A stretch of DNA of 64,000 nt, taken from contig CATNEN010000039.1 in the NCBI GenBank assembly GCA_950097015.1, positions 6,262,001 to 6,326,000 on the forward strand, written 5' to 3'. Under the pieces are notes generated by a model. It ran no database searches and was not told the DNA's origin. It saw only the letters and a list, made by a program, of their open reading frames with translations. This stretch comes from Macrostomum hystrix (Eukaryota > Animalia > Platyhelminthes). The position numbers and the translations under genes are program-made. This document shows, piece by piece, positions 1-13,609 of this stretch; positions within the stretch are counted from its first letter, which is position 1, and each line of letters starts with the position of its first letter.

Positions 1-165
1 TCACTTAACTGACCTCACTAAACTGACGTCACTTAACTGACCTCACTGAACTGACCTCACTAAACTGACCTCACTAAACTGACCTCACTAAACTGACCTC
101 ACTAAACTGACCTCACTAAACTGACCTAACTTAGCTGACTTTACTGAACTGATCTCACTAAACTG
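1..165. repeat. 14-bp tandem repeat (CTGACCTCACTAAA)n, truncated by window edge
   Basis: About 11 visible units, grading into the 23-bp array that follows. Confidence 0.9.
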
Positions 166-1709
166 ATCCCATCTAATTAAAGCTACTGATCCCATCCAAT
201 TAAAACTACTGATCCCATCTAATTAAAGCTACTGATCCCATCTAATTAAAGCTACTGATCCCATCTAATTAAAGCTACTGATCCCATCTAATTAAAGCTA
301 CTGATCCCATCTAATTAAAGCTACTGATCCCATCTAATTAAAGCTACTGATCCCATCTAATTAAAGCTACTGATCCCATCTAATTAAAGCTACTGATCCC
401 ATCTAATTAAAGCTACTGATCCCATCTAATTAAAGCTACTGATCCCATCTAATTAAAGCTACTGATCCCATCTAATTAAAGCTACTGATCCCATCTAATT
501 AAAGCTACTGATCCCATCTAATTAAAGCTACTGATCCCATCTAATTAAAGCTACTGATCCCATCTAATTAAAGCTACTGATCCCATCTAATTAAAGCTAC
601 TGATCCCATCTAATTAAAGCTACTGATCTCATCTAATTAAAGCTACTGATCCCATCTAATTAAAGCTACTGATCCCATCTAATTAAAGCTATTGATCCGA
701 TCTAATTAAAGCTACTGATCCCATCTAATTAAAGCTACTGATCTCATCTAATTTAAGCTACTGATCCCATCTAATTAAAGCTACTGATCCCATCTAATTA
801 AAGCTACTGATCCCATCTAATTAAAGCTACTGATCCCATCTAATTAAAGCTACTGATCCCATCTAATTAAAGCTACTGATCCCATCTAATTAAAGCTACT
901 GATCCCATCTAATTGAAGCTACTGATCCCATCTAATTAAAGCTACTGATCCCATCTAATTAAAGCTACTGATCCCATCTAATTAAAGCTACTGATCCCAT
1001 CTAATTGAAGCTACTGATCCCATCTAATTAAAGCTACTGATCCCATCTAATTGAAGCTACTGATCCTATCTAATTAAAGCTACTGATCCCATCTAATTAA
1101 AGCTACTGATCCCATCTAATTAAAGCTACTGATCCCATCTAATTAAAGCTACTGATCCCATCTAATTAAAGCTACTGATCCCATCTAATTAAAGCTACTG
1201 ATCCCATCTAATTAAAGCTACTGATCCCATCTAATTAAAGCTACTGATCCCATCTAATCGAAGCTACTGATCCCATCTAATTGAAGCTACTGATCCCATC
1301 TAATTAAAGCTACTGATCCCATCTAATTAAAGCTACTGATCCCATCTAATTAAAGCTACTGATCCCATCTAATTAAAGCTACTGATCCCATCTAATTGAA
1401 GCTACTGATCCCATCTAATTAAAGCTACTGATCCCATCTAATTAAAGCTACTGATCCCATCCAATTAAAGCTACTGATCCCATCTAATTGAAGCTACTGA
1501 TCCCATCTAATTAAAGCTACTGATCCCATCTAATTAAAGCTACTGATCCCATCTAATTAAAGCTACTGATCCCATCTAATTAAAGCTACTGATCCCATCT
1601 AATTAAAGCTACTGATCCCATCTAATTAAAGCTACTGATCCCATCTAATTAAAGCTACTGATCCCATCTAATTAAAGCTACTGATCCCATCAAACTGAAG
1701 CTACTGATC
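163..1709. repeat. 23-bp minisatellite (CTGATCCCATCTAATTAAAGCTA)n, ~67 copies, in an ACLY intron
   Basis: Direct reading; period 23; very homogeneous. Confidence 0.97.
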
Positions 1710-2344
1710 AATTCTTACTTGGTTTTCGAACAGTACTACTGTGGCTAAAGTATACAAGCACTTATGGCTACAGAGTGTTATGAAACATGTCTACAACTAT
1801 AATTAAAAAGGCAATAGTGACCCCTCAGCCCTAAGACGAAACTCTCAAATACGATCGAAATTCAACTAGCCATCGTAGAGAGTGGCCTTAAAGCACAGCG
1901 TGACAAAGTGGACCAGAAGGCCAATTAGAATTCCGTAAAGCGGGGCAGCTCTCATTTATGCAAATGTATAGCATACATGCCTCTAATAAGTATGTAGGGT
2001 GGCTGGAACTAAAGTTTTCCTTCTGACAGATTTAATTTACTCAGAAGTTTTGGAATCGAACGGGCGGCTCTCGCGTGGTCAGCGGCAAAGCGTGAGGAGC
2101 CAGGCAAGCAGCCTCATTACAGACTGACCCTCCATGACCAGCTGCTCAGCTTTGAGAATTAAGAAGATCAGCCTCTTCTATGTTTTTAAAGCTTGAAATG
2201 AGAATTCAATCTTGAAAACAGTCAATAAAGTGCAGTTAGAAAACATTCTAAAAACAGGAATACGCTATACCGTAAATAATACAATTTAGATATTGGAGCT
2301 AGATTAGCGAATGCTGAAGCTAATTTCAGAGCAATAAATTCAAA

Positions 2345-4362
2345 GGCTACAGATCCCAGTTCAATAAGGCTACAGATCCCAGTTCAATAAGGCTACAGAT
2401 TCCAGTTCAATAAGGCTACAGATCCCAGTTCAATAAGGCTACAGATCCCAGTTCAATAAGGCTACAGACCCCAGTTCAATAAGGCTACAGACCCCAGTTC
2501 AATGAGGCTACAGATCCCAGTTCAATAAGGCTACAGATCCCAGTTCAATAAGGCTACAGATCCCAGTTCAATAAGGCTACAGATTCCAGTTCAATAAGGC
2601 TACAGATCCCAGTTCAATAAGGCTACAGATCCCAGTTCAATAAGGCTACAGACCCCAGTTCAATAAGGCTACAGACCCCAGTTCAATGAGGCTACAGATC
2701 CCAGTTCAATAAGGCTACAGATCCCAGTTCAATAAGGCTACAGATCCCAGTTCAATAAGGCTACAGATCCCAGTTCAATAAGGCTACAGATCCCAGTTCA
2801 ATAAGGCTACAGATCCCAGTTCAATAAGGCTACAGATTCCAGTTCAATAAGGCTACAGACCCCAGTTCAATAAGGCTACAGATCCCAGTTCAATGAGGCT
2901 ACAGATCCCAGTTCAATAAGGCTACAGATCCCAGTTCAATAAGGCTACAGATCCCAGTTCAATGAGGCTACAGATTCCAGTTCAATAAGGCTACAGACCC
3001 CAGTTCAATAAGGCTACAGATCCCAGTTCAATGAGGCTACAGATTCCAGTTCAATGAGGCTACAGATCCCAGTTCAATAAGGCTACAGATCCCAGTTCAA
3101 TAAGGCTACAGATCCCAGTTCAATGAGGCTACAGATTCCAGTTCAATGAGGCTACAGATCCCAGTTCAATAAGGCTACAGACCCCAGTTCAATGAGGCTA
3201 CAGATCCCAGTTCAATGAGGCTACAGATCCCAGTTCAATGAGGCTACAGATCCCAGTTCAATGAGGCTACAGATCCCAGTTCAATGAGGCTACAGACCCC
3301 AGTTCAATAAGGCTACAGACCCCAGTTCAATAAGGCTACAGACCCCAGTTCAATAAGGCTACAGATTCCAGTTCAATAAGGCTACAGACCCCAGTTCAAT
3401 AAGGCTACAGACCCCAGTTCAATAAGGCTACAGACCCCAGTTCAATAAGGCTACAGACCCCAGTTCAATAAGGCTACAGATTCCAGTTCAATAAGGCTAC
3501 AGACCCCAGTTCAATAAGGCTACAGACCCCAGTTCAATAAGGCTACAGACCCCAGTTCAATAAGGCTACAGACCCCAGTTCAATAAGGCTACAGACCCCA
3601 GTTCAATAAGGCTACAGATTCCAGTTCAATGAGGCTACAGATCCCAGTTCAATAAGGCTACAGATCCCAGTTCAATAAGGCTACAGATCCCAGTTCAATA
3701 AGGCTACAGATCCCAGTTCAATAAGGCTACAGACCCCAGTTCAATAAGGCTACAGATCCCAGTTCAATAAGGCTACAGATCCCAGTTCAATGAGGCTACA
3801 GATCCCAGTTCAATAAGGCTACAGACCCCAGTTCAATGAGGCTACAGACCCCAGTTCAATAAGGCTACAGATCCCAGTTCAATGAGGCTACAGATCCCAG
3901 TTCAATAAGGCTACAGATCCCAGTTCAATAAGGCTACAGATCCCAGTTCAATAAGGCTACAGATCCCAGTTCAATAAGGCTACAGATCCCAGTTCAATAA
4001 GGCTACAGATTCCAGTTCAATGAGGCTACAGATTCCAGTTCAATAAGGCTACAGATCCCAGATAAATAAGGCTGCAGATCCCAGTTCAATAAGGCTACAG
4101 ATCCCAGATAAATAAGGCTGCAGATCCCAGTTCAATAAGGCTACAGATCCCAGATAAATAAGGCTGCAGATCCCAGTTCAATAAAGCTACAGATCCCAGA
4201 TAAATAAGGCTGCAGATCCCAGTTCAATAAGGCTACAGATCCCAGATAAATAAGGCTACAGATCCCAGTTCAATAAGGCTACAGATCCCAGATAAATAAG
4301 GCTGCAGATCCCAGTTCAATAAGGCTACAGATCCCAGATAAATAAGGCTGCAGATCCCAGTT
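2345..4362. repeat. 23-bp minisatellite (GGCTACAGATCCCAGTTCAATAA)n, ~88 copies
   Basis: Period 23. The last ~300 bp alternate with a variant (…CCCAGATAAATAAGGCTGCA…), giving a 46-bp dimer. Confidence 0.97.
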
Positions 4363-5435
4363 TTGTCTTAGCAAAAATGGTCACTAAGGAACCGGGAGCC
4401 AATGATATCCCGTCTCTAGATTTTTTGCCCAAAATCAACAAAAGAAGTACCTAGTGGTTTTTACCTGATGCGCATATTATAGCAAATAATAACTGTTATA
4501 ACTGTCATAGCAAAAGTAGAAATTCGAGAAACAAAATCCAATGTCTCGAACTGCTACTGTTAAAGGACAAAAAATAGCCAGAAAACACACAATTCGTAGC
4601 CCAAACAGCTCACACAAGCAGCATGAATTAAAGAATGCTGCTTCTAATAAGAGTGCAAGCGTGCCAGATGCGAGAGGCAGAATGGCTGAAACAGAAAGGC
4701 CCCCAGAAGACAAGCAGCGCGCATTGAAAGAAGATCAATATGAAGGACTAGAAAGAGAAGAGACGAGCGGAAGAAGGGTTTAAGGAAAAAAACCAGAAGA
4801 GTCAACTTAACATTAGTTGCAATTTGCTCGTTTGCAGATGCTTGGCCTCCCCAGAGGGGCTGGGGCGAGAGCTGTCATTATTTTCCATGGGGAGAATCAT
4901 CCCCCATGAGCCCAGTGCAGCCAGCTGTGGGAATACTGAGACGGAACTGCAGGCGGGGCAATCAGGCCAGACTGAGCAATGTTTTATTTAAGCTAAAAAA
5001 CATCACAGCGCCCGTCTTCTGAGTGAACTAAAATTAACTTTCAAATAGCATAAAAATCTATGCTTATGAATTACTCGAGCTTAGATATTTTCCTAAACTA
5101 GTGTCTCGCGACCCATTTCAGATAACCTCCGCGGTAATAATAAAACTGACACACATTGCAGAGACACGTTTCATGAAGGTAAATGATAATAGAACAGAAC
5201 AGCTGCGGCATTAAAATTAAGTCATGCGTAAGTCAAGCTTGGCTGACTAGAATTGAATTTCAGAAATGTCATTTTCCCTAATGTTATTTAGTGCTACAAA
5301 TCCTGACCTCCTCGTGCATCCCGTTCCCAGCTCTCTGATTGGCCAGTCTCTACTTCAAATATAATAAAATGTAGGCATTAGGCTACTTAATTTTCCAACA
5401 CGCTGTGTTCTCGCATCCCGCATACGCTCCCTGCT

Positions 5436-5851
5436 CCCTGATTGGCTAATCTAGCTAGGCCTAGAACATTTTTTCTACTATGGACTGTTATCGCATTTGG
5501 CATACCCTCCCCACTCTCTGATTGGCTGGTCTAGCTAGGCCTAGAACATTTTTTCTACCATGGACTGTTATCGCATTTGGCATACCCTCCCCACTCTCTG
5601 ATTGGCTGGTCTAGCTAGGCCTAGAACATTTTTTCTACCATGGACTGTTATCGCATTTGGCATACCCTCCCCACTCTCTGATTGGCTGGTCTAGCTAGGC
5701 CTAGAACATTTTTTCTACCCTGGACTGTTATCGCATTTGGCATACCCTCCCCACTCTGTGATTGGCTGGTCTAGCTAGGCCTAGAACATTTTTTCTACCC
5801 TGGACTGTTATCGCATTTGGCATACCCTCCCCACTCTCTGATTAGCTGGTC
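5436..5851. repeat. 80-bp tandem repeat, ~5 copies plus diverged flanking copies (5310-5945)
   Basis: TGGACTGTTATCGCATTTGG recurs at 5481, 5561, 5641, 5721 and 5801. Confidence 0.92.
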
Positions 5852-6093
5852 ACATTTCACATTCCTAGAACATCACATTTCTGCCCTGATCTGTAAACGG
5901 CTAGTCGCATCTGGCACCTCACTCTCTCTGATTGGCAAGTCTGATCTGACTCTGATAATTTCTATCATCAGTTCCAAGTTTTTTAATTGGCTTACTTAGC
6001 CCTAACACACTTCACTCACTCCCTCGCTGCCCCCACAAAAAAAGTTATAATGATAGAATCCCTAACCACTGGGTCGCAAAGTACTAAACCTAC

Positions 6094-9000
6094 CTGTGCA
6101 CCTTGGCATCCTTGATGCCTGTTAGCAGGGCAGCAATTTGGCTCTCTGTCGCCTTGGTGTCAATCGGTATCTCCTGGCGGAGCGCCTGTTAAGAAGAACG
6201 ACAAGTATCGTTAATGAGGGTTGATGAAAAAACACGAATTAGATTTTGCTAACACTAATTAGCATTTGAAACGTTTTGGTAATCTGGTAAAAGTTCTAAA
6301 ATCCTAAATGTAGGACAGGGTATTGCCATATACAATCTTACGTGATGTTGAATTAAGGGACTGAATGATGCCTGAGGAAGGGACTGAATGATGCCTGAGG
6401 AAGGGACTGAATGATGCCTGAGGAATGGACTGAATGATGCCTGAGGAATGGACTGAATGATGCCTGAGGAATGGACTGAATGATGCCTGAGGAATGGACT
6501 GAATGATGCCTGAGGAATGGACTGAATTATGCCTGAGGAATGGACTGAATGATGCCTGAGGAATGGACTGAATGATGCCTGAGGAATGGACTGAATTATG
6601 CCTGAGGAAGGGACTCAATGATGCCTGAGGAAGGGACTCAATGATGCCTGAGGAAGGGACTCAATGATGCCTGAGGAATGGACTGAATTATGCCTGAGGA
6701 AGGGACTCAATGATGCCTGAGGAATGGACTGAATGATGCCTGAGGAAGGGACTGAATGATGCCTGAGGAATGGACTGAATGATGCCTGAGGAATGGACTG
6801 AATGATGCCTGAGGAAGGGACTGAATGATGCCTGAGGAATGGACTGAATGATGCCTGAGGAATGGACTGAATGATGCCTGAGGAATGGACTAAATGATGC
6901 CTGAGGAAGGGACTCAATGATGCCTGAGGAATGGACTGAATGATGCCTGAGGAATGGACTGAATGATGCCTGAGGAATGGACTGAATGATGCCTGAGGAA
7001 TGGACTGAATGATGCCTGAGGAATGGACTGAATGATGCCTGAGGAATGGACTGAATGATGCCTGAGGAATGGACTGAATGATGCCTGAGGAATGGACTGA
7101 ATTATGCCTGAGGAAGGGACTCAATGATGCCTGAGGAAGGGACTCAATGATGCCTGAGGAAGGGACTCAATGATGCCTGAGGAATGGACTGAATTATGCC
7201 TGAGGAAGGGACTCAATGATGCCTGAGGAATGGACTGAATGATGCCTGAGGAAGGGACTGAATGATGCCTGAGGAATGGACTGAATGATGCCTGAGGAAG
7301 GGACTGAATGATGCCTGAGGAATGGACTGAATGATGCCTGAGGAATGGACTAAATTATGCCTGAGGAAGGGACTCAATGATGCCTGAGGAATGGACTGAA
7401 TGATGCCTGAGGAATGGACTGAATGATGCCTGAGGAATGGACTGAATGATGCCTGAGGAATGGACTGAATGATGCCTGAGGAATGGACTGAATGATGCCT
7501 GAGGAATGGACTGAATGATGCCTGAGGAATGGACTGAATGATGCCTGAGGAATGGACTGAATGATGCCTGAGGAAGGGACTGAATGATGCCTGAGGAAGG
7601 GACTCAATGATGCCTGAGGAATGGACTGAATGATGCCTGAGGAATAGACTGAATGATGCCTGAGGAATGGACTGAATGATGCCTGAGGAATGGACTAAAT
7701 TATGCCTGAGGAAGGGACTCAATGATGCCTGAGGAATGGACTGAATGATGCCTGAGGAATGGACTGAATGATGCCTGAGGAATGGACTGAATGATGCCTG
7801 AGGAATGGACTGAATGATGCCTGAGGAATGGACTGAATGATGCCTGAGGAATGGACTAAATGATGCCTGAGGAAGGGACTCAATGATGCCTGAGGAATGG
7901 ACTGAATGATGCCTGAGGAATGGACTGAATGATGCCTGAGGAATGGACTGAATGATGCCTGAGGAATGGACTGAATGATGCCTGAGGAATGGACTGAATG
8001 ATGCCTGAGGAATGGACTGAATGATGCCTGAGGAATGGACTGAATGATGCCTGAGGAATGGACTGAATGATGCCTGAGGAATGGACTGAATGATGCCTGA
8101 GGAAGGGACTGAATGATGCCTGAGGAATGGACTGAATGATGCCTGAGGAAGGGACTGAATGATGCCTGAGGAAGGGACTCAATGATGCCTGAGGAATGGA
8201 CTCAATGATGCCTGAGGAATGGACTGAATGATGCCTGAGGAATAGACAGAATGATGCCTGAGGAATGGACTGAATGATGCCTGAGGAATAGACTGAATGA
8301 TGCCTGAGGAATGGACTGAATGATGCCTGAGGAATGGACTGAATGATGCCTGAGGAATGGACTGAATGATGCCTGAGGAATGGACTGAATGATGCCTGAG
8401 GAATGGACTGAATGATGCCTGAGGAATGGACTGAATGATGCCTGAGGAATGGACTGAATGATGCCTGAGGAATGGACTGAATGATGCCTGAGGAATGGAC
8501 TGAATGATGCCTGAGGAATGGACTGAATGATGCCTGAGGAATGGACTGAATGATGCCTGAGGAAGGGACTGAATGATGCCTGAGGAAGGGACTGAATGAT
8601 GCCTGAGGAAGGGACTGAATGATGCCTGAGGGAGCTGACATATTTTTGACTCGTTGAATAATACAGTAATTCCGACAAGCTCACCTTTTCTTCAACATTG
8701 CCAATATCAACGCCGCCCTCGTGGTGAAATAGGATAACATCGTGCTCGCGCTCGCTCAGGATGCAAAGGTAGTACTCTTCGCTCTTAAGATTTATTTGAA
8801 ATGGATGACGTAATAGTAGCAAAATTTTTTTACTACATCAGAAACATATTGAAAGGACTTTAAAATCATTTCGCACTAACCTGATCGTGGGCAACAAATG
8901 GCTCGATCATGAACCGCTTAAGCAGGCCTTGCGTTTTGCCAATCTGGAATAGTTTTCGCGAATATCAAAAAGCTGAATATTCTGACTGCACTACTTAGAT

Positions 9001-10555
9001 TACATTATAGCAGTATATTGCGGATATCTAACCCAGAAAATATAAAACGAGTTTAGCACAAATATTAGAAGGGCAGCTGGAAAGAAGTAGCTCACGAACA
9101 CCAAGAGAGCTAGAGAATCAATCGTTTGATTTGCACTTCATTCCGCTCCTCCCCTGTCCCTGCCCGCGTGCCCAGCTCTCTCCCCGCCTCCTTGCCCACG
9201 ACCCTCGTCTTCCCATCTCATCCATCTTATGGATTTTTTCTTCCCCTTTTCCATATCAACTCGGACTGCTCACTCTGCGGCAATTCAGTTAGCAGAGAGA
9301 ATTGAGCATGGAGAGTGGGAATTGTGGGTCAGTAAATTGAACATTGCTGGACTTATCGCACAATCCTGACTTCGAGTTAAACATCTTCACCAGCCCCTTA
9401 AATGCAGTGCGCCTTTAGCGCTGGCCTTCTCGTTACATCTAGATGACTGTATACTAAAGCCTAGCTGATAACAGAAGGCTTTCGACTACAATTAGCAAAA
9501 ATTTTTTAATCATTTTATTTGAATACGTTTCATATTTTAAACATGATGGTTAGAATTGGTTTTTAAGAGAGACTGCCCAGAAATCTAAATAAAGTGGCGC
9601 GAGGGAATCCCATGCAACTGAGCTGAAGTGGCGCGAGGGAATCCCATGCAACTGAGCTGAAGTGGCGCGAGGGAATCCCATGCAACTGAGCTGAAGTGGC
9701 GGGAGGGAATCCCATGCAACTGAGCTGAAGTGGCGGGAGGGAATCCCATGCAACTGAGCTGAAGTGGCGGTAGAGAATCCTTAGGAACTGAGCTGAAGTG
9801 GCGGTAGAGAATCCTTAGGAACTGAGCTGAAGTGGCGGTAGAGAATCCTTAGGAACTGAGCTGAAGTGGCGGTAGAGAATCCTTAGGAACTGAGCTGAAG
9901 TGGCGGTAGAGAATCCTTAGGAACTGAGCTGAAGTGGCGGTAGAGAATCCTTAGGAACTGAGCTGAAGTGGCGGTAGAGAATCCTTAGGAACTGAGCTGA
10001 AGTGGCGGTAGAGAATCCTTAGGAACTGAGCTGAAGTGGCGGTAGAGAATCCTTAGGAACTGAGCTGAAGTGGCGGTAGAGAATCCTTAGGAACTTGACC
10101 AAGGAGGGTACAGAAATTGAATAAGAATCTACAGTTTGTCCCGCTGACCTGAAATTGCTTGTCAACCCGGGCCTGCACAAACTGCTGAACTCCATTTAGA
10201 TCAGTGCCTGCGCAGACCAGACCCAGCTTGCCACGCCGCTTAATCAGCTGATCCGGCTTGCACACCAGTTTCTGTGGGTTGTTGATGATAGTTAAGAAAA
10301 CTTAAGTAAAGTTTCTGTAAACATTTATCTTGCTTATCGGGAAGATTTAGAGTAAATAACAATATTTTTAACAACAATAGCGTTATGTATAATGCCACAA
10401 ACCTCAGACGCCAGCCATTCATTCCCCAGTGCAAGAGTATCCCAGTTAGTCTCGCCAGTCACAATGACAGATGGCATGGCAGATAGGCCATCAAACTTCA
10501 AATGCTTGTAGAGCAATTCCTTGCCTTTGTTTTCATAGATTGCCTTGGCAGACAT
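6094..10555 (-). CDS. ACLY: ATP-citrate synthase (ATP-citrate lyase), first five coding exons; gene continues beyond the left edge
   Basis: Exons 10555-10403, 10271-10149, 8943-8881, 8783-8685 and 6185-6094 all have GT-AG boundaries and stay in frame. They give MSAKAIYENKGKELLYKHL…|KLVCKPDQLIKRRGKLGLV…|IGKTQGLLKRFMIEPFVAHDQ|SEEYYLCILSEREHDVILFHHEGGVDIGNVEEK|ALRQEIPIDTK…, matching the ACLY ATP-grasp N-terminus (MSAKAI, KPDQLIKRRGKLGLV, FHHEGGVD). Confidence 0.96.
6356..8631. repeat. 23-bp minisatellite (GACTGAATGATGCCTGAGGAATG)n, ~99 copies, in an ACLY intron
   Basis: Period 23. It produces the spurious SPFLRHHSVHSSGIIQSIPQA ORFs. Confidence 0.97.
9592..10095. repeat. 34-bp minisatellite, ~15 copies in two variant blocks, in an ACLY intron
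   Basis: Units GCGCGAGGGAATCCCATGCAACTGAGCTGAAGTG, then GCGGTAGAGAATCCTTAGGAACTGAGCTGAAGTG. Confidence 0.95.
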
Positions 10556-11251
10556 TTCAATATGACTGTAAAATTCAAGAAAAGACAAAATTATTTCTAA
10601 AAAGTTAACCATAAGCAAGATTTTTTAGAAATTAAATTATAACCATGTATATAACTTATTATATTAAATAGAATCATTCATGCCTTTCTTCTAAAAAGCT
10701 TGTTAAGCTCAAACTAATTTTAAGCTAGCTAGGCTTAATAATATTTTAACAAAAGCAGCAATATCTATTCTTAGCCGCAATTTTGCAAATACAACTAATA
10801 AATAGAAAACTTATAAAATATTTATATCAAAAACATTTCTGACTAGCTCTGACTTAAGGTAATAGGCCAGCAATCTAATAGAATTTAATAATAGAAATAT
10901 GTTAGCTAAAATTTTATTCCTTCTATAGTTTCAAAGTGTACAGTAACAAAATAAGTGAAAAAATGCAGTTTAACATGTACTAGCAGCTAAATTGTTAGTT
11001 ATAAAATATATAAGACTCAATAGGATCACAAAGGCCTAGAACAGGTCTAGCTATCAATTAGTTATAATTATAAGAATTATCATTGAACATTGAACATTGA
11101 ATCAATGAACAATTTCAGTTAAATGAATTATCTTGTCTAGGCCTACAGTTTTCTTACTAAGCTGATATTGACACTACGAAGATAAAAGTATATATCAAAG
11201 TTTTTTTACAAAAATATATTAAAATTTCTACAATCTCACTTTATATTGGGT

Positions 11252-11697
11252 GGTAGTTGTTATTTGTCTGGTTAACCGGACAAATAGCCATTTGGTTATT
11301 CGTCCGGTTAACCGAGGTTGTAGGGGTTGTAGGCCTAGCGCTACCATGAGAACCTCTATCATTTGTAAGATAAAATAATTAACAAGCTGCAAAAGGATAG
11401 TCATTCAGATTTGAAGTTTGTGTCTCAAATTATTTTCGCTTATCAGCTAATTAAAAAAATTAAAACCTTTTCCAGAAATTTGGTTGTTTCAGGGACTAAC
11501 TTAGTTCAAGGGTATAGTTTGGTCTTTGTGAGGTCAAGACTCAAGATGGCTATTAGCAGGGCAAAAGTGGTCTTTGGGAGGATCGTTGCTCCTGCTCATT
11601 GAAAGGGGAGAAATTAAGTCCTTGGGTGGTTAACTGGTTAACCGGACGAATAACCAAATGGCTATTTGTCCGGTTAACCGGACAAATAACAACTACC
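11252..11697. mobile_element. MITE, probably Mutator/MULE-type
   Basis: 62-bp TIRs (11252-11313 and 11636-11697, one mismatch, starting GGTAGTTG) and a perfect 9-bp TSD ATATTGGGT (11243-11251 and 11698-11706). No coding capacity. Confidence 0.88.
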
Positions 11698-13609
11698 ATA
11701 TTGGGTAATCATAAATTGATGAAAAATTTGTTCTTCTGAAAAGAAAATTGTAATTATTTTTTGTGGTGTGAAGACTGAGAACATAAGGCTATATAGGCAT
11801 AATTCAAATATTATGATAGATATCACTAGCTGAGTTAGACAAATGAGTTATGAGTAAATAAGAATATTCAACGATAGCTTAAAAAGTAAATAAATGAGAA
11901 CTAAACAAATCAATGTGACTTTATTACTGATTGATTGTAAAAACAAGTTTAAAGTTACACTAGCTAGGCCTACTCCTTTGCTTTCGCAAATCCAGCTTCA
12001 GAGCGCCGAAATATCCTATAGCTAGCGAGCTCAACACTGTGAACTCCTTTACTGAAAATATAAAAAAGATGTAATAAAAAAAAACGCTATTTTAATAGGA
12101 TGAGTGTGAACGAATTTTTGCGTTAATTTAAAGTCACGCCATAAACAAAAGCTGGTTAAGCATATCAAATTTCGTGTTGTTCGATCTTCTTCGGTTTTAT
12201 AAACAATGCTTTCGCGACATGCAATATATTTAGAACAACTTAATTTTATGCTTCTTTATTCTTTGTTTATCTAATTATATTAAAAAATACCTGTATTTTT
12301 TCCGAACGTACGTACAACCGGAATCCCAATATATTTCTTTATGGCGTATGACCTTGTGCATGAGCATTCTGACAGATATAAATTCGATTGTCCAAAGGGA
12401 TGGTAAGCCTATAGTTGCTTGTTTAACTTATTAAGAGCTGTCTTACCATGGTTTGATTTGCTTTCGCCGAAGCTATAATAAATAATTTGACTATAGTGTT
12501 GGTACGTGTTGAGCGGATTTGATACGGTTGAAATTTCGAGTCCGAAGTCCAAAGAAATCGTAAGCCTAACTAGACGAAAGTCTTACACAGCGTACTCTTT
12601 TTTGAGAAAAACACTTAAGTCATTAAAAGTCATATTATCAGTCATTTAATTTTTGAATCTCTATAGATCGTGACATAATTCATGACGCAAAAAAGAGCGA
12701 CTAGAACTTATCAATTATTTACCTTAAAATTGTAAGCCTAACTTCGGATTTCTTAACTCGGAATTTTCCATTTTATGAGTTGGTTGCCGAAATAAGTCGG
12801 CTGGATTTAGTGCGGGTTTTGGATAGATTTTTTATTTTGGATAGAAAATTCTCGAAGGCTTAACATCATATAGCATTGTGCCTGTGAACTGTGATACCTA
12901 TCTAATAAGAAAGATGATGAAGAAATGCATGCATGGCCCCTCCATTTAGTGATCATTGCAGCTGTATCAGTAAAGTTTGAGAGAAGCATCCGAAGATTGC
13001 CAAGCTACATGAGTAGCTCCATCACGCTTGCCTATTATCCAAATTAAAATTGCAATTATTCAACTTTCTTTTTATAATCCTTGCTATGGCCTACAATTTT
13101 CAGCAATTTCAAGTCACGATTAATACGAGTTACATGTGTCAGGGTACCACGACTCAAGCCATTGGTGCAGTCTATATAGGGTTCAAGCAATGCACGAAAA
13201 ATCTAACAGTGCACGAATTGACAAGCAAAAGCGGCATACTGTGCAGTGCCAATCACAAGGGTAACTGTATTTTATAAACCAATAGTCCAATTCAGGATGG
13301 CATTCAAACTCATGACAGGCAACAGGTCATTGTCACAGGTCATGGTCATGTTGACTTCGTACCCTGGACAGACGTGAGTCCAGATCACTGGCTAGGCGAA
13401 GATGGGGCCGACCGGAGCTGGCTCAATGGCGTTGGCCAGTAAGGCGAACTCCTGCCCAGCAGGTCAGTGTGAAAGCAGGCATCACAGCTTTTGCTAAATC
13501 GTTTGCAACGAACGCTATTAATTAAACCAATATTTTTCCAGGTTCGTAAGAAAGATAGGAAGACTTTTTATAAATCCGAATCGACAGTTAAGCCGGACAA
13601 CTAAGAGAT

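Noticed and set aside
6304-8641. Minus-strand ORFs with SPFLRHHSVHSSGIIQSIPQA repeats
   Set aside because: Translation of the 23-bp intronic array. Only 8685-8783 of ORF 8202-8822 is a real ACLY exon.
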